DNA of 63,145 nucleotides from an uncultured virus (IMG/VR IMGVR_UViG_3300020381_000001) (lineage: Duplodnaviria; Heunggongvirae; Uroviricota; Caudoviricetes), in IMG/VR virus record IMGVR_UViG_3300020381_000001. One strand, given 5' to 3'. Shown here piece by piece: positions 46,898 to 57,111 of the stretch; positions within the stretch are counted from its first letter, which is position 1; each line of letters starts with the position of its first letter. The notes beneath the pieces were generated by a model. The model had not been told where the DNA came from, made no database searches, and saw only the letters and a list, made by a program, of their open reading frames with translations. Position numbers and translations under genes: made by a program.

Positions 46898-47371
46898 ATG
46901 AGTGATGTGAATTTCAAGAAACATCGTGTCTTTCGTGAGACAGATGATGTTATCTTTTATGATATATCTGTGGATGAATCGAATGCTGCTGACCTTGTAG
47001 TTCATACAGGTGCTGCTACATCACCACCAGAAGATTGTGTCGGAGCAAAACAATTTTATATTCATGGATTTCAAGATGACTATAATCGTGTAGTATCTGG
47101 TGAAAGAACATTCGAGTTAGTCAACTATGATTGGAAGTATCCATATCATATAGTCCATCTGAATCGTGCTAGTGGTGCGTTAGTGATACCTCGTGGTACA
47201 TTTCATCGTTCAGTGTCGGGAGAGAAGGGGTCGATTGTAATTAATCAGGCAAAGAGATATGAAGGATTTGATCCAACTGCAGAGTTCTATCCAGTATCTT
47301 GCTCAGAGAATAGAGAGTTATACAATGTTCTTAGGACAGAAACACCAGTAGTACATACTTTAGGTGAGTAA
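46898..47371 (+). CDS. Cupin-fold-like conserved protein
   Basis: FYIH..QDD.NRVVSG.R.FEL and LVIPRGTFHRS cupin-like motifs. Confidence 0.7.
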   Translation: MSDVNFKKHRVFRETDDVIFYDISVDESNAADLVVHTGAATSPPEDCVGAKQFYIHGFQDDYNRVVSGERTFELVNYDWKYPYHIVHLNRASGALVIPRGTFHRSVSGEKGSIVINQAKRYEGFDPTAEFYPVSCSENRELYNVLRTETPVVHTLGE

Positions 47372-48342
47372 TGGATATTGTCGATTCAAAATATATTGGG
47401 TTAATATCATCAAGACTTCAAAAGTTTAAGAGAGTTAAGGCAGACCTCTATAACTTTCGTTGTCCGATCTGTGGTGACTCTCAGAAGCACAAGAACAAGG
47501 CAAGAGGTTATATCTACCCATTAAAGGCAGATATGAACTTCAAGTGCCATAACTGTGGAGCATCGACCACCTTTAATAATTTCTTAAAGACAATTGATAC
47601 AACACTTCATAAGCAATATGTTATGGAGAAGTTTAAGGAGAGGAATGTTGGTAAAGGTTCTATAATACCAGAACCAAAGTTCAACTTCAAAAAACCAGTA
47701 TTTAGAAAAAAGTTAGACTTACCAAGGGCATCAGAGGTTCTGATAGCAAAGGAATATCTTGAAAAGAGAAAATTAGATCCAAGTAAATTTTTCTTTACAA
47801 ATAAATTTAAAGAGTGGACGAATACACACAAAAAAACATTTGACAATATTACTAAAGATGAGAGCAGGATTGTAATTCCATTATACGATATTGAGAATAA
47901 TTTAATAGGGTTTCAAGGAAGAAGTTTGGTTCCTAACTCTGTTAAATACATTACCGTGATGATTAATGAAGAAGCACCAAAAATTTATGGACTTGATAAA
48001 GTCAAGACTGAAAAACCTATTTACATCCTCGAAGGACCATTCGACTCCACCCTCGTGGAGAACTCGGTTGCTATGTGCGGTTCCGATCTTGATATTCGGA
48101 CGTTTGGTTGGTGCAATTATATTTGGGTTTTTGATAACGAACCTCGTAACAGAGAAATCGTCGAACGAATCAGTAAGACCATTAACAGAGGAGATCAGGT
48201 AGTTATCTGGCCATCAAACATCGAAGAAAAAGATGTCAACGATATGGTATTGTATGGACATAATGTGATGAGTGTGTTACAATCAAGCACATATTCAGGA
48301 TTAAAAGCAAAAATTAAATTCAATTATTGGAAAAAGGTATGA
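47371..48342 (+). CDS. gp61: DNA primase
   Basis: CPICGDS...CHNCG zinc finger, EGPFDS, DNEPRN and KDVNDM motifs. Confidence 0.97.
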   Translation: MDIVDSKYIGLISSRLQKFKRVKADLYNFRCPICGDSQKHKNKARGYIYPLKADMNFKCHNCGASTTFNNFLKTIDTTLHKQYVMEKFKERNVGKGSIIPEPKFNFKKPVFRKKLDLPRASEVLIAKEYLEKRKLDPSKFFFTNKFKEWTNTHKKTFDNITKDESRIVIPLYDIENNLIGFQGRSLVPNSVKYITVMINEEAPKIYGLDKVKTEKPIYILEGPFDSTLVENSVAMCGSDLDIRTFGWCNYIWVFDNEPRNREIVERISKTINRGDQVVIWPSNIEEKDVNDMVLYGHNVMSVLQSSTYSGLKAKIKFNYWKKV

Positions 48343-50633
48343 GCAACGGCACTAAGGTAGTCAAAAGAAATGGAACAATCCAACCATTAAACCTTGAAAA
48401 GATGCACGTAATGGTAGAAGAGGCGTGTAAGAACCTTGCAGGAGTCTCTGCGAGTCAAGTGGAGATTCAGTCAGGAATCCAATTTTATGATGGTATAAGC
48501 ACCGCAGAGATACAGGAGATACTGATTCGTTCAGCAAGTGATCTAATTGATTTGGATCATCCTAATTATCAATATGTTGCTGCACGTCTTCTTCTATTTT
48601 CTTTAAGAAAGAATTTGTATGGTAGAATACATGAACTTCCTAATTTAAAAGATCATATATCTAAATGTGTTCATAAAGGAATATATGATTCAGAAATAAT
48701 TGATTATTATAGTGATGAAGAATTTGATAAATTAGAATCATTTCTAGATCATGATCGTGATTATCTATTCACTTATGCAGGTTTAAGACAGGTTGTAGAT
48801 AAGTATCTTGTACAAGATAGAAGTTGTGGTGATCTATACGAAACCCCACAGTTCATGTATTTACTCATATCTGCTACTATTTTCTCTAAATATCCACAGG
48901 AAGAAAGATTAGATTACGTTAAAAAATACTACGATGCCATCTCCAAACACAAAATCAACATCCCCACGCCTATTATGGCGGGAGTTAGAACTCCACTTCG
49001 ACAATATGCTAGCTGTGTTCTTGTTGATATTGATGACACCCTCGATAGCATCTTTAGTTCTGATATGGCTATCGGCAAATATGTTGCACAAAGGGCGGGT
49101 ATCGGTATCAACGCGGGTCGCATCCGTGGGATCAACGCTAAAATCAGAGACGGAGAAGTACAGCACACGGGCGTTGTACCTTTCCTCAAAAAGTTTGAAA
49201 GTACTGTCAGATGTTGCACTCAAAACGGCATTAGAGGTGGATCAGCGACTGTCCACTTCCCGATCTGGCACCAAGAAATAGAGGACATCATAGTTCTCAA
49301 AAACAATAAAGGTACTGAAGATAATCGAGTTCGTAAACTTGACTACAGTATTCAATTAAGTTCATTATTTTACCAGAGGTTTATTGACGATGAGAGCATT
49401 AGTTTATTCAGTCCTCATTCTGTTCCTGGGTTGTATGATGCTTTTGGCACTACATCCTTTGATGAGTTATATGTTGCTTATGAAGCAGACGATAGAATCC
49501 CAAGAAAAACTATTAAAGCACAAGAACTCATCCTTGCCCTATTGAAAGAAAGAGCAGAAACTGGTAGACTATATTTGATGAATATTGATCATTGTAATAC
49601 TCACTCATCATTCATTGATAAAGTTGAGATGAGTAATCTATGTCAGGAAATCACATTACCAACCAAACCTATACAACATATCGATGACGAAACTGGTGAA
49701 ATTGCTCTCTGCATCCTTTCTGCTATTAACATTGGGAAGATACGTGATCTTACCGATCTCGAAGTTCTTTGTGATCTTGCTGTTAGGAGTCTTGACGAAC
49801 TCATTGATTTTCAGGGATATCCCGTCAAAGCAGCAGAACTCGCTACAAGGGCACGTAGATCCCTTGGTATCGGATATATCGGTTTAGCACATTATCTTGC
49901 CAAGCAAGGTGTCAAGTATGAGGATCCAAAAGCATGGCAATTGGTACATGATATGACCGAGGCATTTCAATATTATTTGATAAAGTCCACAGTGAACCTT
50001 GCAAAAGAAAAAGGTGCTTGTGAATATTCTTCTAGAACTAAATATGGTCAGGGGATACTTCCCATAGACACTTATAAAAAAGATGTCGATGAACTTGTGC
50101 CAAACAATTTAAAATATGATTGGGATTCTCTTAGGTCACTTGTCTTGGAACACGGAGTCAGGAACAGCACTTTGTCCGCACAAATGCCTTCGGAGAGCAG
50201 TTCCGTTGTGTCAAACGCAACAAATGGAATCGAGCCACCTAGAGGATACCTGTCCACTAAGAAGTCAAAGAAAGGACCTCTTAAGCAAATTGTCCCTCAA
50301 TATGGAACTTTAAAAAATAATTATACCCTCTTGTGGGAAATGCCTAACAATACTGGATACATTAATATTGTTTCCGTGATGCAAAAATTCTTTGACCAAG
50401 CAATTTCTGGTAACTGGAGTTACAATCCAGAGCATTTCCCTGACAATGAAGTTCCAGTTTCAGTAATGGCACAAGATTGGTTGACTACATATAAGTACGG
50501 TTGGAAGACGAGTTATTATCAAAACACATATGACATTAAAACAGATGAAGTTGAGGAAACTCCTTCACTTGACAGTTTAGTGTCCGAAATTTTAGACACA
50601 TCGGAGGAAGAGTGTGAATCCTGCAAAATTTAA
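48339..50633 (+). CDS. nrdA: Class Ia ribonucleotide reductase alpha subunit
   Basis: ATP cone VVKRNG, SNLCQEI, MPSESSS, KTSYY and C-terminal CESC. Confidence 0.98.
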   Translation: MSNGTKVVKRNGTIQPLNLEKMHVMVEEACKNLAGVSASQVEIQSGIQFYDGISTAEIQEILIRSASDLIDLDHPNYQYVAARLLLFSLRKNLYGRIHELPNLKDHISKCVHKGIYDSEIIDYYSDEEFDKLESFLDHDRDYLFTYAGLRQVVDKYLVQDRSCGDLYETPQFMYLLISATIFSKYPQEERLDYVKKYYDAISKHKINIPTPIMAGVRTPLRQYASCVLVDIDDTLDSIFSSDMAIGKYVAQRAGIGINAGRIRGINAKIRDGEVQHTGVVPFLKKFESTVRCCTQNGIRGGSATVHFPIWHQEIEDIIVLKNNKGTEDNRVRKLDYSIQLSSLFYQRFIDDESISLFSPHSVPGLYDAFGTTSFDELYVAYEADDRIPRKTIKAQELILALLKERAETGRLYLMNIDHCNTHSSFIDKVEMSNLCQEITLPTKPIQHIDDETGEIALCILSAINIGKIRDLTDLEVLCDLAVRSLDELIDFQGYPVKAAELATRARRSLGIGYIGLAHYLAKQGVKYEDPKAWQLVHDMTEAFQYYLIKSTVNLAKEKGACEYSSRTKYGQGILPIDTYKKDVDELVPNNLKYDWDSLRSLVLEHGVRNSTLSAQMPSESSSVVSNATNGIEPPRGYLSTKKSKKGPLKQIVPQYGTLKNNYTLLWEMPNNTGYINIVSVMQKFFDQAISGNWSYNPEHFPDNEVPVSVMAQDWLTTYKYGWKTSYYQNTYDIKTDEVEETPSLDSLVSEILDTSEEECESCKI

Positions 50634-51807
50634 GATCTCATCTACAGATAGGAGTACTATGCCAAAAGTTAAAGGTATGACAGTATTCAACACTGAAGAG
50701 GTTAATACTAAGAAACAACCCATGTTTTTTGGTCAACCATTAGGTGTTCAGAGATATGATAATTTCAAATACCAACAATTTGAGAATTTAACAAAACAAC
50801 AGTTAGGATATTTCTGGAGACCAGAAGAAGTTTCTTTGCAGAAGGATCGTGGTGACTATCAATCATTACGTCCAGAGCAAAAGCACATCTATACTTCAAA
50901 TCTTAAGTATCAAATAATGTTGGACTCTGTGCAGGGTCGTGCACCAGGTATGGCATTCCTACCATATTGTTCTCTTCCTGAGTTAGAAGCATGTATGGAG
51001 GTGTGGTCATTTATGGAGATGATACATTCACGTTCTTACACTTATGTGATCAAGAATGTTTATCCAGATCCATCGGAGGTGTTTGATAAGATACTATCTG
51101 ATGATCGTATTCTACAACGTGCTGCGAGTGTGACAGAATCATATGACAAATTCATCAACTACGCACAGGAATGGGGTCAGGGACGTATGTGGGAAGAAGA
51201 TTGGAAATCATCACCAACATCAGTCTGGACTCGTAAAGATTTAAAAAGACACTTATACAGGGCAGTCGCTAATGTCAACATTTTGGAAGGTATCCGCTTT
51301 TATGTATCTTTCGCTTGTAGTTTTGCTTTTGGTGAGCTTAAACTCATGGAAGGATCTGCGAAAATCATATCACTTATTGCAAGAGATGAGAACCAGCATC
51401 TGGCAATAACTCAAAACATAATTAATAATTGGAGAAAAGGTGATGATCCTGAGATGAAGGAGATTGTGAAAGAAGAAGAACAGTGGACATACCAAATGTT
51501 TGATCGTTGTGTAAATGAAGAGAAGGTATGGGCAGAGTATCTATTTAAAGATGGTAGTATGATTGGTTTGAATGATAAATTACTTCATCAATACGTTGAA
51601 TGGATTGCAAATAAGAGGATGAAATCAATTGGTCTAAAACCTGTATATGACATTCCAGCAAGAAACAATCCATTACCTTGGACACAGCATTGGATCTCAT
51701 CAAAGGGTTTACAAGTGGCACCACAAGAGACAGAAGTAGAGTCATATATAGTGGGAGGAATCAAACAAGATGTGAAAAAGGACACATTTAGTGGTTTCAA
51801 ACTTTAA
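50614..51807 (+). CDS. nrdB: Class Ia ribonucleotide reductase beta subunit
   Basis: FWRPEE, EMIHSRSY, LEGIRFYVSF, RDENQH and APQETEVESY motifs. Confidence 0.98.
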   Translation: MNPAKFKISSTDRSTMPKVKGMTVFNTEEVNTKKQPMFFGQPLGVQRYDNFKYQQFENLTKQQLGYFWRPEEVSLQKDRGDYQSLRPEQKHIYTSNLKYQIMLDSVQGRAPGMAFLPYCSLPELEACMEVWSFMEMIHSRSYTYVIKNVYPDPSEVFDKILSDDRILQRAASVTESYDKFINYAQEWGQGRMWEEDWKSSPTSVWTRKDLKRHLYRAVANVNILEGIRFYVSFACSFAFGELKLMEGSAKIISLIARDENQHLAITQNIINNWRKGDDPEMKEIVKEEEQWTYQMFDRCVNEEKVWAEYLFKDGSMIGLNDKLLHQYVEWIANKRMKSIGLKPVYDIPARNNPLPWTQHWISSKGLQVAPQETEVESYIVGGIKQDVKKDTFSGFKL

Positions 51808-51818
51808 ATAAAATTATT

Positions 51819-52028
51819 ATGGAAGATAAAGATATCCTTGAAGAACTCAAGGAAAGAATAAAGGAAGGTCCTGTTATCTTTACACCAGATAACGATTTTC
51901 TGGATAGATTAAATCCAACGAATGATGATCTTGAATTAAGCAAAGATTCTATCATAGATGCAGCTGCTAGTCATGATCAAATTATAAATAAACTTAATGA
52001 TGATGAAAACCTTGACCAATCCATTTAA
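51819..52028 (+). CDS. Acidic hypothetical protein
   Basis: ORF after nrdB. Confidence 0.55.
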   Translation: MEDKDILEELKERIKEGPVIFTPDNDFLDRLNPTNDDLELSKDSIIDAAASHDQIINKLNDDENLDQSI

Positions 52029-52173
52029 TTTTGTGAAAAACACTCGTCAATCTTACAGTAAATTTTATCAAAAAGAATTTACTGAAGTTGAAGTTCAAGT
52101 AGATAGTGAAGATCCTGCGTGGATTCCGCTAGATACTTTACTTGCTATTATGGAAAAGTATGAGTCAGTATGA
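51997..52173 (+). CDS. Small hypothetical protein (not in the ORF track)
   Basis: NPFNFVKNTRQSY...TEVEVQ...EDPAWIPLDTLLAI; TATAAATA at 51983-51990. Confidence 0.6.
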   Translation: MMMKTLTNPFNFVKNTRQSYSKFYQKEFTEVEVQVDSEDPAWIPLDTLLAIMEKYESV

Positions 52174-52615
52174 AAATCCTTGGATTTATGAAAATGAAAT
52201 ATTTGATAGTGATCTAATTAAAGATTATTATGGATTTGTTTATTTGATAACGGGTCAGACCACAGGTAGAAGGTACATAGGTAGGAAATATTTTTGGCAA
52301 AAGAGAAAACCAAGAACAGGATCGAAGAGAAGAGTTACATCCGAAAGTGATTGGAAAAAATATTACGGGAGTTGCCCAGAGTTAAAAGAAGATATAAAGA
52401 AGTATGGTAAGTTAGATTATAAAAGACAAATATTAAGTTTACATGAAACAAAAGGTTTTGTTAACTTTGAAGAGACAAAACAACTATTTTTAAATAATGT
52501 ATTAAGTGAGTCTCTTGACGATGGAAAACCTTTATACTATAATAGTAACATTCTAGGACGCTACATGCGGAAAGACTATGGACAATTTCAATCAAACATT
52601 AAAAATAAGTCATGA
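52160..52615 (+). CDS. GIY-YIG endonuclease (T4 endonuclease II-like)
   Basis: GFVYLIT...RYIGRK, ESDWKKYYGS and YYNSNI motifs. Confidence 0.85.
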   Translation: MSQYENPWIYENEIFDSDLIKDYYGFVYLITGQTTGRRYIGRKYFWQKRKPRTGSKRRVTSESDWKKYYGSCPELKEDIKKYGKLDYKRQILSLHETKGFVNFEETKQLFLNNVLSESLDDGKPLYYNSNILGRYMRKDYGQFQSNIKNKS

Positions 52616-52781
52616 TTGGGCACTCCATCGTATACAAGTATTATGTGAAACCTATGATGTAGAATCCGTTGGTAATGCCTGTTCAATTCATAGTGAATTT
52701 GAAGAGTGGTTTGAACCTGAATCGGAGGAACTTGATATCTTTTCACTTACTTACATTGGAGAAGGAAGTGAATATGCTTAA
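52578..52781 (+). CDS. Hypothetical protein
   Basis: Downstream of the promoter TTGACG-17 nt-TATAAT (52515-52543). Confidence 0.65.
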   Translation: MDNFNQTLKISHDWALHRIQVLCETYDVESVGNACSIHSEFEEWFEPESEELDIFSLTYIGEGSEYA

Positions 52782-52938
52782 TGATGAACAAATGAAACTT
52801 AGACAACAAACTTTAAGTATTTTACTTAAGAATTTTGATGACAATCGTGCCATCTATGAGTGTGCAGATGAGTGGACAAGTAAGTTTAAAACCACTTCTG
52901 GACTTGTAAAATATTACAAAACTTATTTTGCTAAATAA
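52774..52938 (+). CDS. Hypothetical protein
   Basis: AAGGAAG RBS; IYECADEW. Confidence 0.65.
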   Translation: MLNDEQMKLRQQTLSILLKNFDDNRAIYECADEWTSKFKTTSGLVKYYKTYFAK

Positions 52939-52960
52939 GAGTGCGTTCTAGTATCGAAAA

Positions 52961-53377
52961 ATGGTAGATAAAAAACCAGAACAAAAGGTTGAAGAGAAAC
53001 CAAAAAATCTCTTGGCAAAAATTAAAGAGAGTGTTGATGATAAGGAAGAGCAACTAGCATTTCTATCTACAATTGTAAGACTTTCTGTTCTTGTATGGTC
53101 TGCAGGAATCTTGACTTTAGCATATGTTAAGTTACCAGCAGCATTTAACATACCAGAACAAAAACTGGATCCAACTTTCATAGCTTCTGTCTTCACAGGA
53201 ACTTTAGCTACCTTTGGCGTTGCTGCTGCAGGTAAGAAGAAGGGTGCAGCTGCTGCTAGTGCTAACATATCTAAAAAAGATATGGAGTTTCTGATTGCTA
53301 AGGCATCTGAAACTGCACCAGCACAAACTATTAGGATTGAACAAGGTCCTGTGAAAATCGTACCAGATACAAAATAA
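52961..53377 (+). CDS. Two-TM membrane protein
   Basis: LVWSAGILTLAYV...DPTFIASVFTGTLATFGV; CTAAATA upstream. Confidence 0.75.
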   Translation: MVDKKPEQKVEEKPKNLLAKIKESVDDKEEQLAFLSTIVRLSVLVWSAGILTLAYVKLPAAFNIPEQKLDPTFIASVFTGTLATFGVAAAGKKKGAAAASANISKKDMEFLIAKASETAPAQTIRIEQGPVKIVPDTK

Positions 53378-54057
53378 TGGATCAAGATGAAGCGATGTTT
53401 GGACCAGAGGTTAAAATTTCTAATCCGACACCACCAAAAAAACCAAAAAATTCTATAAACTTAGGTAAGTGGTTTGCACTTGGACTTGGTGGAATTTTTG
53501 GTCTATCTCATATAGGGATGATAGGTTTACTTGTGTCTAGGCAACAAGAAGCACCACTACCTACGATTAATATTCCTACAACAGATTACTCTACCTATCA
53601 GGCAGAGGTGACTAAAGATGGATATAGGATTTCTTATAAAGCAAATGATCCTAAAACAGCATTTATTTCTAAGGACATCAAAGAGAAAGGTGGTTTCTTA
53701 GGACTTGCAAATGAAACAACTCAAATTACAGAAGAGTACTTTATGGATGGTCAGACTAACCAAGGTGGTTCTGTTTCAAATGCTAGATCTTGGTTAGATC
53801 AGAAACCTGGTTTGACACAAGCACAAGCAGAAGAGATAAATACTGCACGAAAAAGTGAAGCCTGTATCAAAGCAGTTGGATCCGCAGAGGGTACAGGCAA
53901 ATTGGTTGGGACTAGTGTTGGTGCTGCTGCTGCTCCTACTCTTTCCACTATTCCCTTTGTTGGTTGGGTTGCTGCTGGTTGGGTAGCAATGTTTGGTGGT
54001 AATCAGGGTGCCGAGATTGGTGGTAACATGGCAGAAGATTTGAATAAAAATTGTTAA
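53377..54057 (+). CDS. Membrane protein with a C-terminal glycine zipper
   Basis: N-terminal TM segment; GTSVGAAAA...IPFVGWVAAGW...GAEIGG. Confidence 0.75.
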   Translation: MDQDEAMFGPEVKISNPTPPKKPKNSINLGKWFALGLGGIFGLSHIGMIGLLVSRQQEAPLPTINIPTTDYSTYQAEVTKDGYRISYKANDPKTAFISKDIKEKGGFLGLANETTQITEEYFMDGQTNQGGSVSNARSWLDQKPGLTQAQAEEINTARKSEACIKAVGSAEGTGKLVGTSVGAAAAPTLSTIPFVGWVAAGWVAMFGGNQGAEIGGNMAEDLNKNC

Positions 54058-54680
54058 TGAATTTATGGAGTAACTACAAAGATGTCTTACATAAAACATT
54101 CCCTCTGCATAACTCAGTAGGGAGTGTTTGGGCACAATGGGAAGGAAAGGGGACACATCTAACTGCAAAAACATATACAACCCCATATATAATAAAGAGT
54201 AGAGAGGTAGAAATCTGGAATGAAAAATCTTGCATTTATAACAACATCATCTATCCTAAAACAGGCAGTAATCTTCCATGTTTTGGTATGGATCTTATGG
54301 GATTTAATGAGAATCGGGTCATCATAGTATTTGACTTCCAACATCCTGTAGAAAACTATTTGTTCTCTGTAGAAGGATTACCAAAAGGAAAGGGTGACTA
54401 TCGTTTTTTTGAACCAGGTAATCATTTTTCTGAAAATATTTACATACAATATTGTAAAATGTCAGAGATTAATGAACACCTTGAAATGTTCACAACTTAC
54501 TTGACAAAGTACAAGGAGATGATGGATTTGGAAAAACCAACTGGTAAAGATACGAGTGTTTATAAAGATTTTGATACTTATATGACTAAATTGGATCCAG
54601 TTGGAGGATATCTTTCTAGTAAGTTTGGTAAAGAAAAAGCAGAAAGTCTTGTAAATGATTTTCTATTTTGTTTAAAGTAA
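54057..54680 (+). CDS. pebS: Phycoerythrobilin synthase (ferredoxin-dependent bilin reductase)
   Basis: YPKTG..LPCFGMDLM, VIIVFDFQHP, YRFFE.GNHFS and DFDTYMT.LDPV motifs typical of cyanophage PebS. Confidence 0.9.
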   Translation: MNLWSNYKDVLHKTFPLHNSVGSVWAQWEGKGTHLTAKTYTTPYIIKSREVEIWNEKSCIYNNIIYPKTGSNLPCFGMDLMGFNENRVIIVFDFQHPVENYLFSVEGLPKGKGDYRFFEPGNHFSENIYIQYCKMSEINEHLEMFTTYLTKYKEMMDLEKPTGKDTSVYKDFDTYMTKLDPVGGYLSSKFGKEKAESLVNDFLFCLK

Positions 54681-54765
54681 CATATAGTGAGGGAACTAAA
54701 ACATTAATGCGTAAAAATACTTAGTTGCTATAATAAATATAATTGTAATGTGGAGTTGAAAGATC

Positions 54766-54927
54766 ATGTCCCACTATACTGTCGGATATCACGACATTAG
54801 TAATAATCATTATGAGATATGTGAGTATGCAGACGATGCATATAACGCAATAAGGCAAGCAAGAGAGGATTTACCTGATACAAATGGTAGTCCTCTTTCT
54901 TGTGAGTATTGTTTAAAGGAGGAATAA
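54766..54927 (+). CDS. 53-aa hypothetical protein (not in the ORF track)
   Basis: GGAG RBS; MSHYTVGYHD...HYEICEYADDAYNAI. Confidence 0.7.
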   Translation: MSHYTVGYHDISNNHYEICEYADDAYNAIRQAREDLPDTNGSPLSCEYCLKEE

Positions 54928-54928
54928 G

Positions 54929-55033
54929 ATGAAAAATTTACCCATCAGATCCACCTTTGTTATTGTTATAACAATTGGAACTGCACTGTGGTTCTATCCA
55001 CACTATGCTTGGTCATATCCAATATTAGTATGA
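54929..55033 (+). CDS. 34-aa membrane microprotein
   Basis: AGGAGG RBS; one hydrophobic segment. Confidence 0.55.
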   Translation: MKNLPIRSTFVIVITIGTALWFYPHYAWSYPILV

Positions 55034-55062
55034 GTATAAATACTTATAGATACTAATTTAGA

Positions 55063-55566
55063 ATGAAACAATTTAATACTTTTATCTTAGATACAACAAT
55101 CTATATTTTAAACTTTCTCTACAGGGGTAGAGACTTTCAAAGATTTTGGGTTCTCGAAGTTATTGCAAGAGCACCTTACTTTGCGTTCATTTCCGTACTT
55201 CATTTTCGTGAATCACTTGGATTACGAGGTGAAGAACATATATATTTGATGAAGGAACACTTCTATCAGGCACTCAATGAAACAGAACATCTGGAAGAAA
55301 TGGAAGTTAGGGAAGGAAATAAGTATTGGATCGATAGGTTCTTTGCCAAGCATCTTGTTTTATTTTATTTTTGGGTCATGGTTGGCTACTATCTTGTTGA
55401 TCCTGTTAACGCTTATGACATCAACATGAAAATTGAAAAACATGCCTTTGAAACTTATGTGAAGTATAGTGCATATAACCCCTTGGACACTAAGATTTCA
55501 GAGATTGCTCAAGACGAATATGAGCATTCTAAAGAATTGCAAAAGGCAATGTTAATGATCGCATAG
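55063..55566 (+). CDS. ptox: Plastoquinol terminal oxidase
   Basis: RFWVLEVIARAPYF, NETEHL, IEKHAFETY and DEYEH di-iron motifs; late promoter at 55035-55042. Confidence 0.95.
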   Translation: MKQFNTFILDTTIYILNFLYRGRDFQRFWVLEVIARAPYFAFISVLHFRESLGLRGEEHIYLMKEHFYQALNETEHLEEMEVREGNKYWIDRFFAKHLVLFYFWVMVGYYLVDPVNAYDINMKIEKHAFETYVKYSAYNPLDTKISEIAQDEYEHSKELQKAMLMIA

Positions 55567-55592
55567 ATAATACTAATCATAGTCATTAGTTT

Positions 55593-55892
55593 ATGTTATC
55601 AACTCAATATCGATTAAGATTGGAAGCAATCTGTAAATCAATTGCAGCAGGAACAGAGGTAAGTATGGAAGACATGATATGGGCACAAAAATTATCTAAA
55701 GCAAATACTTCAGCAAGAGGTATGTTAAACAAGGCTCGTCGGATGAGTACAAATCCAGACGAGTCTTTTCTTAATCACTTGAATATTGGAGACCCCGATT
55801 CAAGTAATCACCGTAGGGGTTTCTTTAAACCAGAAGATGTGGTAGACTGGTTTCATCAAGAACGATCAGATGATTGGAGACAACGAGATTGA
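55593..55892 (+). CDS. Conserved hypothetical protein
   Basis: MLSTQYRLRLE...DMIWAQKL...DDWRQRD. Confidence 0.8.
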   Translation: MLSTQYRLRLEAICKSIAAGTEVSMEDMIWAQKLSKANTSARGMLNKARRMSTNPDESFLNHLNIGDPDSSNHRRGFFKPEDVVDWFHQERSDDWRQRD

Positions 55893-56134
55893 TTCGACTT
55901 TTAAAATTATTAGGAAATATTGTTGACCCAAGTTGGTGGACAGATCTTATTGGTGAAAAATCAGGAGCATATGATCGTGCGAGAAAACCAAACAAGTTTA
56001 AAGAATGGAAGTTAAAACAACCTCTATGGAAACAATTCTTTATAGAAGTTTTAATGTTTACATTAATTGCACTAGCATTTGAACCATTGTTAAATATGGT
56101 AGGTATGTCAATGTTACCTTGGAGGTGGTTTTGA
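55874..56134 (+). CDS. Hypothetical membrane protein
   Basis: C-terminal hydrophobic segment; start uncertain. Confidence 0.6.
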   Translation: METTRLIRLLKLLGNIVDPSWWTDLIGEKSGAYDRARKPNKFKEWKLKQPLWKQFFIEVLMFTLIALAFEPLLNMVGMSMLPWRWF

Positions 56135-56442
56135 TTAAATTTAATTTTGAAAAACAATTTGGTGAAGGCACTGATCCTTGGTATGCAAAGGCAGAGAGGT
56201 GGGCAAAGAAACAAAAGAACCCATTTACTCGACATTTGCTTCTTGGTATGATACAATGGTTGAAAGAAAAATGGATTGACGTAAAGGTTGCAAACACAAT
56301 GAGGGATATTGATAGACAGTCAGAAGAAATTAAAAAAATTTGGGAAGAAGATAAACCAGAAACAACTATAACAACCACACCATCAGAGGTAGAGGGTTTA
56401 GATGATATAGAAATATCTTACAATAAGTATTATCATGAATAA
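56119..56442 (+). CDS. Hypothetical protein
   Basis: FEKQFGEGTDPWYAKAERWA; start uncertain. Confidence 0.65.
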   Translation: MEVVLIKFNFEKQFGEGTDPWYAKAERWAKKQKNPFTRHLLLGMIQWLKEKWIDVKVANTMRDIDRQSEEIKKIWEEDKPETTITTTPSEVEGLDDIEISYNKYYHE

Positions 56443-56704
56443 ATTGTTAATCATACCGATATTCTTTTTGACAATGTGTGCTCCTGCACCCGTGACTCCA
56501 CCTGCAGGAGCGATTCCACAAGAGCAGATGGAACAGATATGGGAGGCATTAGAATATGCAAAAGAATATGATATGTTACAAAATAGAACAGAACCTGATG
56601 ACGATATAAATAGTGCACTAGATAATTTTTGGGAGGATAAAGATGGGAGCAATGGTTCCACCGAGTCGGAAGAGTTGTTACAACTTTCGAGTGACGGAGA
56701 TTAA
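56435..56704 (+). CDS. Secreted/lipoprotein-like hypothetical protein
   Basis: Signal-like N-terminus ending LTMC. Confidence 0.6.
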   Translation: MNKLLIIPIFFLTMCAPAPVTPPAGAIPQEQMEQIWEALEYAKEYDMLQNRTEPDDDINSALDNFWEDKDGSNGSTESEELLQLSSDGD

Positions 56705-57107
56705 TCGTGTTGTTGACGGGGATACTATTGATGTCACCATTGATCTTGGGTTTGATTTATACAAGAAAGAGAGAGTTAGAATTGCAGGAGTTGATACGCC
56801 AGAGAAAAGAACAAGAGATCTGGAAGAGAAGGCACTGGGATTAGATGCTACAAACTGGATGAAAGATCAATTAGAAGGAGCAATTGATGGAGATGATGAA
56901 CTCACTATACGCACTGAACTCAAAGGTGGCATGGGTAAGTATGGTAGGCTTCTTGGTTGGCTATATATTGGCGATGCTGATGTATCACTCAACGAACAAA
57001 TGATCACTGAAGGTTATGCTTGGGAGTATGATGGTGGTACAAAACAAAAAAACTTCGAGGAACTACGTGAAATACGTAGGTCATTCGGAACGTTAAATGA
57101 GGGTTAA
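56643..57107 (+). CDS. Thermonuclease (SNase-like)
   Basis: RVVDGDTID, RVRIAGVDTPE, GKYGRLLG and LNEQMITEGYA motifs. Confidence 0.9.
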   Translation: MGAMVPPSRKSCYNFRVTEINRVVDGDTIDVTIDLGFDLYKKERVRIAGVDTPEKRTRDLEEKALGLDATNWMKDQLEGAIDGDDELTIRTELKGGMGKYGRLLGWLYIGDADVSLNEQMITEGYAWEYDGGTKQKNFEELREIRRSFGTLNEG

Positions 57108-57111
57108 ACAA

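Noticed and set aside
32042..51807. Introns or inteins in gp43, gp41, nrdA or nrdB
   Set aside because: All are uninterrupted and of normal length, with no splice motifs.
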